In this document: in pieces, positions 49,614 to 58,627 of the stretch
Numbering within the stretch: the first letter of the stretch is position 1
Layout of the letters: each line of letters begins with the position of its first letter
Assembly: GCA_015152475.1 (NCBI GenBank)
Contig: SUTW01000006.1
Span: forward strand, 14,372 to 78,371
Length of the DNA: 64,000 nt
From: Cyanobacteria bacterium SIG30
GTDB taxonomy: Bacteria > Cyanobacteriota > Vampirovibrionia > Gastranaerophilales > Gastranaerophilaceae
Direction: 5' to 3'
Notes under the pieces: generated by a model
The model's input: only the letters and a program-made list of their open reading frames with translations
Databases searched by the model: none
What the model was told of the DNA's origin: nothing
Position numbers and translations under genes: made by a program

Positions 49614-50168
49614 TTATTGCTGAGTTTTACTTGCTTTATTTTGTTTAAATGTCGTTAATAAATTTGAAAGCAAAGCCGCACAAGCACCAAAAAGAACACC
49701 GTTCTTTATTAAACGAGTTCTGCTTGCTTTTTTAGCAGCTTTTTTCGCAGTTTGCAATAATTCATCATTTTTTGTTAATTTAGAAAACATATCATCAAAA
49801 GATTTGAAGGCAGTCTCTTTTAGTGCATTAAATGAATTTGCATCACAATCTTTAAGTTTAGCTTGTTCAAATAAATTTTTAAAATTTTCTATAACGGTTT
49901 TGTATTCAGGTTTTTTTAGTAAATTTTTAGCGCCATCACTAACAATGTTTCCTTTACTTGCACAAGTGAATAAATCCAGAACTTCACTTCTTACAAGATT
50001 TTTAGAAACAGGTAAAAATGACATTACAGCACCAGCGCCACCACCAATTAGGGTACCTGGAAGAGCAACACCAGCTGTGTTTGCAACTGCCCCCAAAAGA
50101 CCAGGACTTGAATTAGAAGCTTGATTAGTAGCTTGCGGAACTGAATTTAACTGTGCATTTTGAACCAT
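49614..50168 (-). CDS. Hypothetical membrane protein (184 aa)
   Basis: Gly/Ala-rich hydrophobic N-terminal segment (GLLGAVANTAGVALPGTLIGGGAGAVMSF) and a C-terminal hydrophobic helix (GVLFGACAALLSNLL). No recognised family. Confidence 0.5.
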   Translation of the reverse strand: MVQNAQLNSVPQATNQASNSSPGLLGAVANTAGVALPGTLIGGGAGAVMSFLPVSKNLVRSEVLDLFTCASKGNIVSDGAKNLLKKPEYKTVIENFKNLFEQAKLKDCDANSFNALKETAFKSFDDMFSKLTKNDELLQTAKKAAKKASRTRLIKNGVLFGACAALLSNLLTTFKQNKASKTQQ

Positions 50169-50218
50169 AAAACACCTTTACCTTACAAAAGAATTAAGTA
50201 GGATAATAAAATAAATTG

Positions 50219-51508
50219 CTAAAAAGAATTGATAATTGTTAAGATATCAGAAAAATTGTAACATTCTTTATTTATAAAAATATTAGCTTTGGTGTGCTTT
50301 TTAACATCCTTTAAAGTTAAGCCATCTAAAAATTCATCAGAACCTTCTTTGAAAACTAATGAAGGAAGCACAATGTTTTCCAAGTCTCTATTTTTAATAG
50401 CTTCTATAATATCAAAACCTGTTAAAAGCCCTGCAACAGTAATTTGATTACCGAAAAATTTATTTTTTGCAACAAGCAATTCGATTTCAAGATTTTTAAC
50501 GTTAATCATATTCTTCATTGTTTCAAAAGCTCTAATCCCACTCTCGGAAATCAAAAATGTTAATTTAACAGGATTTTTTAAAGATTTTTTTAATTTTTTT
50601 ATGTCCTTCTTTAAGCTATCGAGAAATAGTCTTGTTGTTCCAACACCATCTTCAATTTGCAAAAACTTACCGTAATATTTTTTCTCCGGAAAATCCATAT
50701 CAGCAAGTAAAAAGAATTCATCAGAAACCATAGCGATATTCTTTTTAATATCATTATTAAATTCTTCAACAAGTTTAATTGTTTGAATTGCAATATTTTT
50801 ATCAACAGTTTTAATGTCTTCTTTTCTGAATTTTGAAATTCCTACAGGAACAATTGCAAGAGATTTTAAATTTTTAAATTTTTTAAGATCGTCAAGTGTT
50901 CTTTTAAGTTCAGCTCCGTCGTTTATTCCAGGGCACAACACAACCTGCCCATGGAAATCAATTTTTAATTTTTTTAATTTTTCTAAATCATCTAAAATAC
51001 TACCAGCTCTTTTGTTTCTAAGCAATTTTTCACGAACGGTTGGATTGGTTGCATGAATTGAAACAAAAAGGGAACTTGGATGCGTTTCTTCAATTCTTGC
51101 CCAATCAGATTTTGTTAGATTAGTAAGTGTCACATAAGTTCCTTGTAGATAAGAAAGACGCCAATCGTCATCTTTAACATAAAGAGAATCTCTAAGTCCC
51201 TTCGGTTGCTGATCAACGAAACAAAAAACGCAATGATTAGCACAAGGTTTAATCCCATTAAAAACTGCACATTCAAAAGAAATACCAAGGTCATCCTCAA
51301 AATCTTTTTCTATTTCAAAAATTTCAATTTCACCATTTTTACGTTCAAGTTCAATCTCGATTAATTCGTTTTGAATTAAAAAACTATAATCGATTATATC
51401 TCGAGGTTTTATACCGTTTAAAGAAAGGATTATATCTCCTTTTTCAAAAGCTAATTCATCTGCAATTGAATCTATATCAACATTCGAAATTATTGCCCCT
51501 TTTCGCAT
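50219..51508 (-). CDS. PDZ-radical SAM-DUF512-type protein
   Basis: N-terminal PDZ-like segment (ELAFEKGDIILSLNGIKPRDIIDY), CxxxCxxC cluster motif (CANHCVFCFVDQ) and a long C-terminal domain. Confidence 0.75.
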   Translation of the reverse strand: MRKGAIISNVDIDSIADELAFEKGDIILSLNGIKPRDIIDYSFLIQNELIEIELERKNGEIEIFEIEKDFEDDLGISFECAVFNGIKPCANHCVFCFVDQQPKGLRDSLYVKDDDWRLSYLQGTYVTLTNLTKSDWARIEETHPSSLFVSIHATNPTVREKLLRNKRAGSILDDLEKLKKLKIDFHGQVVLCPGINDGAELKRTLDDLKKFKNLKSLAIVPVGISKFRKEDIKTVDKNIAIQTIKLVEEFNNDIKKNIAMVSDEFFLLADMDFPEKKYYGKFLQIEDGVGTTRLFLDSLKKDIKKLKKSLKNPVKLTFLISESGIRAFETMKNMINVKNLEIELLVAKNKFFGNQITVAGLLTGFDIIEAIKNRDLENIVLPSLVFKEGSDEFLDGLTLKDVKKHTKANIFINKECYNFSDILTIINSF

Positions 51509-51993
51509 ATTCCCTCAATTTTTTTTGTTTGAAACAAAATCTCGTTTACTATTTTCTTTTGTAAATCATTTAAAGGATTATAACTATCATTTAAACCAGA
51601 ATTAATTTTATTAATAAAAATCTTGCACTGAAGATTTAAATTATCAAGGAATTTTAATAAATCCTCACCTTCAAGAATATTAGAGCAAAAAAGCAGAATA
51701 TTCGCATCGTTTAAAAAATTTGAAGGATTTGTAAATTCATAAGTTTGCATACAATTTTTAAAATATTTTTCACCAAATGATGTAATTGAAACCCTTTTAA
51801 CGCGTTTACCGCCTTCAGTAAGACTTGAAGACACTTCAATGCACCCCATACCTTCTAATCTTTTAATTGCAGGGTTTAAAGAACCAAAACTAGGTTTAAA
51901 TAAAGCAAAAAAAGTAGTTTCAATAATTTTACTTATTCTATAAATTGAACAATCATATCTTTTTAAAACATATAAAACTAAAATTTCTATCAT
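51490..51993 (-). CDS. PadR-like winged-helix transcriptional regulator
   Basis: ILVLYVLKRYDCSIYRISKII...SFGSLNPAIKRLEGMGCIE resembles the PadR N-terminal wHTH. Confidence 0.55.
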   Translation of the reverse strand: MIEILVLYVLKRYDCSIYRISKIIETTFFALFKPSFGSLNPAIKRLEGMGCIEVSSSLTEGGKRVKRVSITSFGEKYFKNCMQTYEFTNPSNFLNDANILLFCSNILEGEDLLKFLDNLNLQCKIFINKINSGLNDSYNPLNDLQKKIVNEILFQTKKIEGICEKGQ

Positions 51994-53165
51994 GACTGAA
52001 CCTCAACAATTAGGTTATCCTCATCTGTTTCTAAAAATTCTGAAGGAATTTGTTTGGCACTTGTAATTCCAAAAGTTTTTAATTTTTCAACTTGCGAAAA
52101 GATACTTGGAGCTTTTGGATTATTTCTGGTAAATCTGCCTAAAAGTGTTTTAAATTGACTATTAACATTATCAAATTGTTTTTGAAGAGCTTTAATATCC
52201 TCACAAAAAGCAACAAAAGTTTCATACATGTTAACACCAGCATTTACAATTTGTCGAACGCTTTCATTATTTTTTTCTTTAGCCCAAATTTGATTAACAA
52301 GTCTAACAGTTGTAAGCAGAGAAGATGTACCTGTTATAATAATATCTCTGTTAAGCGCATATTGAACAAGTTCAGAATCTTGATAAACTGATGCAACAGA
52401 ATTTTCAAGAGGAAGATAAATAATAACAAAATCAGGTTGATTCAAATTGCGCGCCTCTTTGTATTCTTTTTTTGCAATTTCATCAATTCTTGATTTAATT
52501 TCTCTTTTAAATTTAGTTTGAGACTCTTTATTTTCATCATCTTGACACATTTCAATATAACTTGTAAGCGTAAATTTTGAATCAATAATAAGATGTTTAT
52601 CGTTTGGTAAATTAATCACAATATCAGGATAAATTGTTTCACCATCAGGATTTTGTGTATGAAAATGTTTATAATAATGTATATTTTCCATAAGTCCAGA
52701 TGAATCCAAAACGGTACTAATAAGATTTTCACCCCAGGCACCTTTAATATTTTGATTTTTTGTAAGCGCTAAAGTTAATTTTTGGGCTTCATCACTTATC
52801 ATTTGATTATTTTTTTCTAAATTTTCAAATTGTTTAACAAGAAAAGCATTATTTTCAATTTCGGTTTTATTAAAATTTTCCACTTTTTCCTGAAATTCTT
52901 TAACTCTTTCGATAACGGGTTTTAATTTGTCTTCCAAAGTTGAAGCATTTTGCTCTTGAAGTTTTTGTTGTTTTTCAATAATTGTTTCATTAGCGATTTG
53001 AGAAAATTCTTTCCTTAAAACTTCGATTAACATGTCAGGCGTTTTTAAATTTTCTTTTAAAAATTTATTTTCAATATCAACCTTGTTTTTTAAAATAAAA
53101 CATATCAAAAGCCCCATGCCTAAACCAAGCAAAAAAGCAAGAAATATAAGGATATATGTTTGCAT
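51990..53165 (-). CDS. rmuC: DNA recombination protein RmuC
   Basis: N-terminal TM segment, a long coiled coil, and a C-terminal RmuC core (GAWGE..L..VL..SGL...HY......YPDIVINLP....LIIDSKF). The start is set at the internal ATG (MQTYILIF...). Confidence 0.85.
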   Translation of the reverse strand: MQTYILIFLAFLLGLGMGLLICFILKNKVDIENKFLKENLKTPDMLIEVLRKEFSQIANETIIEKQQKLQEQNASTLEDKLKPVIERVKEFQEKVENFNKTEIENNAFLVKQFENLEKNNQMISDEAQKLTLALTKNQNIKGAWGENLISTVLDSSGLMENIHYYKHFHTQNPDGETIYPDIVINLPNDKHLIIDSKFTLTSYIEMCQDDENKESQTKFKREIKSRIDEIAKKEYKEARNLNQPDFVIIYLPLENSVASVYQDSELVQYALNRDIIITGTSSLLTTVRLVNQIWAKEKNNESVRQIVNAGVNMYETFVAFCEDIKALQKQFDNVNSQFKTLLGRFTRNNPKAPSIFSQVEKLKTFGITSAKQIPSEFLETDEDNLIVEVQS

Positions 53166-53302
53166 AAAACCTCCATTTACAAAAGTATTATCACATAAAA
53201 CAGAACAACTTTGCAAATTTTAAAAAAAATCTTGATTATTTTTTTTTATTTGCTAATATAATTATGTAAGTCAAAGGGGCTTACAAATTGAAAACTAAAT
53301 AT

Positions 53303-53378
53303 GGGGGATTGGCTCAATTGGTAGAGCACCTGCTTTGCACGCAGGGGGTTAGGAGTTCGAGTCTCCTATCCTCCACCA
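53303..53378 (+). tRNA. tRNA-Ala (anticodon UGC), CCA encoded
   Basis: Hand-folded cloverleaf: acceptor GGGGGAT/ATCCTCC with the G3:U70 Ala identity pair, anticodon stem-loop CCTGC-TTTGCAC-GCAGG, T arm AGGAG-TTCGAGT-CTCCT. 76 nt. Confidence 0.95.
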
Positions 53379-53388
53379 TTTTAAATAA

Positions 53389-53416
53389 CCTTTGACTTAT
53401 GTCAAAGGTATTTTTG
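53389..53416 (+). terminator. Rho-independent terminator after tRNA-Ala
   Basis: CCTTTGAC-TTAT-GTCAAAGG followed by TATTTTTG. Confidence 0.65.
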
Positions 53417-53436
53417 TTTAATGGGGGTAAAATTTT

Positions 53437-54396
53437 ATGAAAGAATATTTAGAAGAAAGAAAAATCTTTAAATTAATATGTGGGGCAGGAAATCAAGATA
53501 CGGCAGAAATTGAAAAATTAATTTCAGTATATTCCTCCGCAGGTTGCAGATTTTTTGATTTAAGTCCAAAGAAAGAAATAATAGAAGCTGCAAAAAGGGG
53601 GTTAAAGCATTCTGGCGCAAAAGATTGCTACTTATGCATAAGTATAGGCACAAGTGATGATATCCACTTTTTTAAAGCAAATATAGATGATAAAAAATGT
53701 ACAAAATGTGAAAAATGCATAAATCATTGCCTTCAAGGTGCAATAACAAAAAATGGCAAAAATATTGAAGTAAATAAAAAAAGATGTATTGGATGCAGAA
53801 ACTGTATCAATAATTGCCCAAATAATTCAATTGAAATGCAACAAGAAGAAATAAACTTAAATGAAATAATTAAAATGGCAAATGAATGTGGAATAAGTTG
53901 CATTGAACTTCATACAACAGGCAAAAACAAAAAAGAATTATATCCAACTTGGGAAAAATTAAATAAAGAATTTAACGGCAATTTAAGCATTTGCATTGCG
54001 CAAAATAAACTTGGACAAGAAAAAATAATCAAAAGAATATCAAAATTAATTAATAAAATACCTCCATACAAAGCAATTATTCAGGCAGATGGAATTGCGA
54101 TGTCCGGAAAAGAAGATAGTTATAATTCAACTCTTCAAGCAATATCAATTGCACAAATTTTTAACAAAGCGAATCTTCCAGCATATTTAATTGTATCAGG
54201 CGGAACAAATTCAAAAACATCAGAACTCGCAAAAATGTGCGATATCAAATTAGATGGCGTTGCAATAGGTTCTTATGCAAGAAAAATTGTTAAAGAATTT
54301 ATAAATGCTGAAGATTTTCTAAATGATAAAAAAAGTTATGACAATGCAGTTAATGTTGCAAGAAATCTAATTGAGCAAATTGAAAAAAATTTATAA
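53437..54396 (+). CDS. Dicluster 4Fe-4S protein, LdpA-like
   Basis: Two ferredoxin motifs: CTKCEKCINHC and CIGCRNCINNCP. The N-terminal FKLICGAGNQD...AGCRFFDL resembles my recollection of cyanobacterial LdpA. Confidence 0.5.
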   Translation: MKEYLEERKIFKLICGAGNQDTAEIEKLISVYSSAGCRFFDLSPKKEIIEAAKRGLKHSGAKDCYLCISIGTSDDIHFFKANIDDKKCTKCEKCINHCLQGAITKNGKNIEVNKKRCIGCRNCINNCPNNSIEMQQEEINLNEIIKMANECGISCIELHTTGKNKKELYPTWEKLNKEFNGNLSICIAQNKLGQEKIIKRISKLINKIPPYKAIIQADGIAMSGKEDSYNSTLQAISIAQIFNKANLPAYLIVSGGTNSKTSELAKMCDIKLDGVAIGSYARKIVKEFINAEDFLNDKKSYDNAVNVARNLIEQIEKNL

Positions 54397-54398
54397 GT

Positions 54399-55241
54399 TT
54401 ATTTTATTCTGTGCAAAAGACTAATTTGATTAAAATCAACAGCTTTCTTTTCAACATTTAACTGTCCGATTTCAACATCTTTATTTAGCCCATGATAATC
54501 ACTTCCGCTTGATACAAGAAGATTGTTTTCATTTGCGCATTTTAATAAAAATTCAATTTCATCTGAATTGTATCTAGAATAAAAACATTCAAGACCATCA
54601 ATTCCAATACTTTTCATATAATCAAGCTTTTTCAAGAAAGTTGCATCCATAATGTGAGCCTTGCCTTCACCCCCAATTGGATGTGCCCAAATTGCAATCC
54701 CACCTGCCTTTTTAATTATATTTATTGCTTCTTTTGCATCAAATTTAGACACACCAGTTTTACAACCTTCTAAATATTTTTTAATAGCAGATAAATTGTC
54801 AACAGCTAAACCGCGATTTACAAGAATATTTGCAACATGAATTTTTACAACACTTTTTCTTGTATAAAGCCAGTTTAATTCATCATCATTTAAAATTATA
54901 TTCCATTCGTCTTTTAAAAACTGAATTCTTTTTTCAAGTTTTTTTCTTCTTAAAACTTTCCCTTTTTCAATTAAAGATAAAAGTTCATCATTATTTAAAT
55001 CAATATCGTAACCCAAAATATGCGCACCAAAATAATCAGCCTTACAAGTAAGTTCAATCCCTTTTATAAGTTTTATATTTTCCGGAAATGAATCACCTAA
55101 ATTTGAATAGCATTCAACAGTGTCATGATCTGTTATTGAAACAATTTCAAGATTATTGTTTCTAACAACATCACAAAGCTCAGAAGCTGAGTCGCTACCA
55201 TCTGAAAAGGCACTATGGATATGTAAATCTACTTTCGGCAT
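54399..55241 (-). CDS. PHP-domain metal-dependent phosphoesterase
   Basis: VDLHIHSAFSDGS...ITDHD...WAHP...GSDYHG. Confidence 0.8.
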   Translation of the reverse strand: MPKVDLHIHSAFSDGSDSASELCDVVRNNNLEIVSITDHDTVECYSNLGDSFPENIKLIKGIELTCKADYFGAHILGYDIDLNNDELLSLIEKGKVLRRKKLEKRIQFLKDEWNIILNDDELNWLYTRKSVVKIHVANILVNRGLAVDNLSAIKKYLEGCKTGVSKFDAKEAINIIKKAGGIAIWAHPIGGEGKAHIMDATFLKKLDYMKSIGIDGLECFYSRYNSDEIEFLLKCANENNLLVSSGSDYHGLNKDVEIGQLNVEKKAVDFNQISLLHRIK

Positions 55242-55275
55242 AAAAGTATTTTAACATAAAGCAAAAATATATAAA

Positions 55276-56262
55276 TCATCGAGCTCTAAAACCAAAATCA
55301 TTTGAATTAAATCGGCCTATAGATTTTAATTTTTGTTCAATTAATGCTTTTTGCTCAATTATATTTGAATTTGATTTAATTTTATTTGGATAAATTGAAT
55401 AATTGTCACTGTAAATTTGGTCAGTAACATTAACCATTAAAACGTTTGCACCTGCTTTAAGCGCCATTTCTTGTCCATTTTTCAATAAAGTTTCCATAGC
55501 GGTTGTAGCAGGAATATTAATTTTTGGCATTAAAATTCTAGTAATTGCCATGACTTTAAGCGCAAGAATAAAATCGCCATTTTGGTAATCAGAAAGCGGA
55601 GTATTATTATGTATGATTAAAGGACCAATTCCTATCATATCAGCATTGATTTCCTTAAAGAATAAAATATCTGAAGCTAACGATTCAATGGTTTGAAATG
55701 GTAAACCAACAATACAGCCAGAACCAACTTCAAAATTTAATTCAGATAAATTTTTTAAACACTCGATTCGTTTTTCAAATGACATATTAGGATGCATTTT
55801 TTCATACAATAGTTTATTGCTTGTCTCAATTCTAAGCAGAAATCTATCTGCACCGGCATCTTTAAGCATTTTATATTCATCAAAAGAATATTCACCAATA
55901 CTTAATGTAACTGCGACATTATATTTTTTAATTTCAGAAACTATTTCACATAATTCATTAATTTTATATTTAATGTCTTCTCCAGATTGCAAAACAATAG
56001 TTTTATATCCAGCATCAACAGCCTTTTTTGCAGTTTCAATTATTTCAGATTTAGGCATTCTATACCTTTTTACATTTTTATTTAAGCATCTTAAACCACA
56101 ATAAAGACAATTATTTTTACAGTAATTAGAAAACTCGATTAAAGCCCTTAAATGGACTCCGTCTCCAACATTATCTTTTCTAATACTATCAGACAACCCA
56201 AAAAGCCATTCGTTTTTAGAGTTGTCTGATAAAATTTCAATTATTTCGTTTTTTGTAAACAT
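55276..56262 (-). CDS. Radical SAM enzyme, HydE-like (HydE/PylB/BioB clade)
   Basis: IEFSNYCKNNCLYCGLR cluster motif. Size and layout resemble the [FeFe]-hydrogenase maturase HydE. No hydA/F/G in the window. Confidence 0.6.
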   Translation of the reverse strand: MFTKNEIIEILSDNSKNEWLFGLSDSIRKDNVGDGVHLRALIEFSNYCKNNCLYCGLRCLNKNVKRYRMPKSEIIETAKKAVDAGYKTIVLQSGEDIKYKINELCEIVSEIKKYNVAVTLSIGEYSFDEYKMLKDAGADRFLLRIETSNKLLYEKMHPNMSFEKRIECLKNLSELNFEVGSGCIVGLPFQTIESLASDILFFKEINADMIGIGPLIIHNNTPLSDYQNGDFILALKVMAITRILMPKINIPATTAMETLLKNGQEMALKAGANVLMVNVTDQIYSDNYSIYPNKIKSNSNIIEQKALIEQKLKSIGRFNSNDFGFRAR

Positions 56263-56297
56263 ACTAAAAGTTTAACATAATTTATTAAATTAAGAAA

Positions 56298-57821
56298 TTA
56301 GCTATATTTTAGAACATTCAACGGAATACTAAACCAAGAACCTCTATTTGGAGTAAAGCTTAATTTCTTTTGAAGTAACAATTCGCCACAATCCGTGTTA
56401 TTTGAAATATTTATTTCAGGGTCACAAATAATTTCAAAATTATATAATTTCATAAGTCTTTTTGTTGTTGGCAAATCAGCATGTTTAGGGTCAATATTTG
56501 TATTAATTTTTTGAAGAATTAAATCAGTTAAATCAGTTGCACCATAATCCTCAGGGTTTTCTTTAACGTGTCTATTTAAACCTTGAGCAAATGGACCAAC
56601 TAAAACAACTTTATTGATACAATCATTGATTTTATTGATTGAAATTAATGAAACGGCATTAGCGTAATCATTAACCGCATGAATTCTTGCTTCTTTAATT
56701 TTATCTGGGTCAAGAACTTTTTTATTTAAAGTGAATTTTAATTTATCATCTTTATCTGATTCAATTTCTTCAAAATACTTGCATTTTTTAACCTTTTCAA
56801 CTAAAGCACCGTCTTTTTTAGAAATATACATAAAATCATCAGCAACAATTCGTGCATCACCAATTTCAAGTGCCAGATTAATTAGTTCATTGTATTCGTA
56901 TTTACTTACATCTAAATCTAGCGCTTCAAAGAAACATTTTAAATGCGATTTAACACTTACACCTTGTCTTCCGATTTTTCCAAGTATTGGAATTAATTCA
57001 ACAAGTTCTTTGTTGTCGTTTGCGGTTAGTTTTCTAAGTTGTTCATTTGGATTGTCAGATTTTAAAATATCACTTACGGTTTTTTTAATTTTGTCATACA
57101 TTAAAACGTTACCCGTTAAGTAACTACTGCTTTCTGAAGTTTCAAATTCAACAACAGGATATTGCTCATGACCTTTAACTTTAATATCGACACTACCAAA
57201 GCCACCACCTGTCATAATACCCATAATATAATCACCAGGTTTTAGCATATCTTTATCGGCCATCTTTTTTGCAATACCCAAGCCGGTACCACCTAAGTCT
57301 TTTGTAACTTCAAGTTCAAAATCATCTGAAACATTAAAAGATACTGTTCTGTCATCGCCTGCTTTAATTGCTTTTTCATAAGCCTTAAAATCTATATTTT
57401 CTAATGTATCACCATAGGCATTCTTAAGGTTTGGGATAAATGCAATTCTATCATCCTTACACATTGTAAATGTTGTTCCTGGAACAAAAACGGCAACACC
57501 AGTTAATTTTGAATCTCTGGTGCTTTCAAATTGTATTTCACCATTTTTTTCTTTTTCAACAACTTCATCATGAACATTTTTAATTACGTCATGTAATTTT
57601 GAAATAAAATCAGATTGCCCTTCATCATATGTTCTTGTATAAGTGTCGTAACAAGAAAAACCTCTTGAAGTTGTATTTAACGTCCCATCAGTTTTATAAA
57701 TTACTTCTCCACTTTCTGATTTAACAAGTGCTTTCATAGTTCCTTTTGGATTACTAGCACCAATGTCAATAATAATTTTATGACCAAAGCTTGCACGTGG
57801 ATTAATGTTGTTAATGCGCAT
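56298..57821 (-). CDS. Hypothetical protein with sugar-kinase/actin (ASKHA, ROK-like) fold signatures (507 aa)
   Basis: Motif order IIIDIGASN (phosphate 1), GVAVFVPG, DLGGTGLGIA, IMTGGGFGSV, VVLVGPFAQG. No ROK zinc-Cys motif. There is a large insertion in the C-terminal half. Confidence 0.45.
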   Translation of the reverse strand: MRINNINPRASFGHKIIIDIGASNPKGTMKALVKSESGEVIYKTDGTLNTTSRGFSCYDTYTRTYDEGQSDFISKLHDVIKNVHDEVVEKEKNGEIQFESTRDSKLTGVAVFVPGTTFTMCKDDRIAFIPNLKNAYGDTLENIDFKAYEKAIKAGDDRTVSFNVSDDFELEVTKDLGGTGLGIAKKMADKDMLKPGDYIMGIMTGGGFGSVDIKVKGHEQYPVVEFETSESSSYLTGNVLMYDKIKKTVSDILKSDNPNEQLRKLTANDNKELVELIPILGKIGRQGVSVKSHLKCFFEALDLDVSKYEYNELINLALEIGDARIVADDFMYISKKDGALVEKVKKCKYFEEIESDKDDKLKFTLNKKVLDPDKIKEARIHAVNDYANAVSLISINKINDCINKVVLVGPFAQGLNRHVKENPEDYGATDLTDLILQKINTNIDPKHADLPTTKRLMKLYNFEIICDPEINISNNTDCGELLLQKKLSFTPNRGSWFSIPLNVLKYS

Positions 57822-57953
57822 ATTCTTTTCTCCTAAAATATTTTCTAATCACAAATAAACTTGAAAAATATTTTTTTTGCTATTTTGTAAGCCTTTTGTA
57901 AAAAAATGTAAAAATTAGTGTAAAAAATACAAAAAATAATAATATAAAAATAT

Positions 57954-58400
57954 ATGAAAAATTACTCCAAAAAAGCAATAGAAAATTTTAGACAAGGATA
58001 CAACTGCGCACAATCAGTTTTATTAGCATTTGAAGATAAAATTCCATTTGACAAAGAAACAATATTAAAATTATCATCTTCATTTGGTGCAGGAATGGGA
58101 AGAATGCGCGAAGTTTGTGGCGCAATAAGCGCAATGTTTATGATTGCAGGACTTAAAAAAGGGTATATTTCAGCAAATGATGATGAAACAAAAAAACAAC
58201 ACTACGAATATATACAAATGTTGGCTAAAAAATTTAAAGAAAGCTATGGGACAATAATTTGTAGAGAACTATTAAAACTTGAAGATAAAACTTTTTCACC
58301 AACTCCAGAAAAAAGAACTGATGAATACTATAAAAATAGACCCTGCGAGAAAATTATTGAACAAGCAGCAAAAATAATTGAAGAAAATATTTTAGATTAA
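57954..58400 (+). CDS. C_GCAxxG_C_C family protein
   Basis: GYNCAQSVLLAF, EVCGAISA and the C-terminal RPC match the family's spaced Cys pattern. Confidence 0.8.
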   Translation: MKNYSKKAIENFRQGYNCAQSVLLAFEDKIPFDKETILKLSSSFGAGMGRMREVCGAISAMFMIAGLKKGYISANDDETKKQHYEYIQMLAKKFKESYGTIICRELLKLEDKTFSPTPEKRTDEYYKNRPCEKIIEQAAKIIEENILD

Positions 58401-58452
58401 AATAAATAAAAACATTAGCAATATAGAATTAATGCAAATTTTAACATTAAAA

Positions 58453-58472
58453 AAGAGGTCTTATGACCTCTT
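58453..58472. terminator. Bidirectional hairpin terminator between the C_GCAxxG_C_C gene and tRNA-Ile
   Basis: AAGAGGTC-TTAT-GACCTCTT is a perfect 8-bp stem flanked by A-runs on the plus strand, which read as T-runs on the minus strand. Confidence 0.6.
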
Positions 58473-58476
58473 AAAA

Positions 58477-58553
<77 letters not shown>

Positions 58554-58627
58554 GCAAATTTGTTTTGCAATCACAAATCAAATTGCTTCAACATAATTAT
58601 AATCTTACAAACATAAGAAAAAATCAA

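Noticed and set aside
55276-56262. The radical SAM gene as biotin synthase (bioB) or pyrrolysine PylB
   Set aside because: The cluster motif context (NYCKNNCLYCG) fits HydE-like better than BioB as I recall those motifs. No bio or pylCDS genes are adjacent. The exact subfamily remains unresolved, so the call is kept as HydE-like only.
55239-56280. Shared TTATGTTAAA element about 8 nt upstream of the hydE-like and PHP gene ATGs, considered as a possible common promoter or translation signal
   Set aside because: It is only a 10-mer in very AT-rich DNA, and similar TTATGT strings occur in unrelated places such as terminator loops and tRNA flanks. There is too little information to separate it from chance without genome-wide counts.
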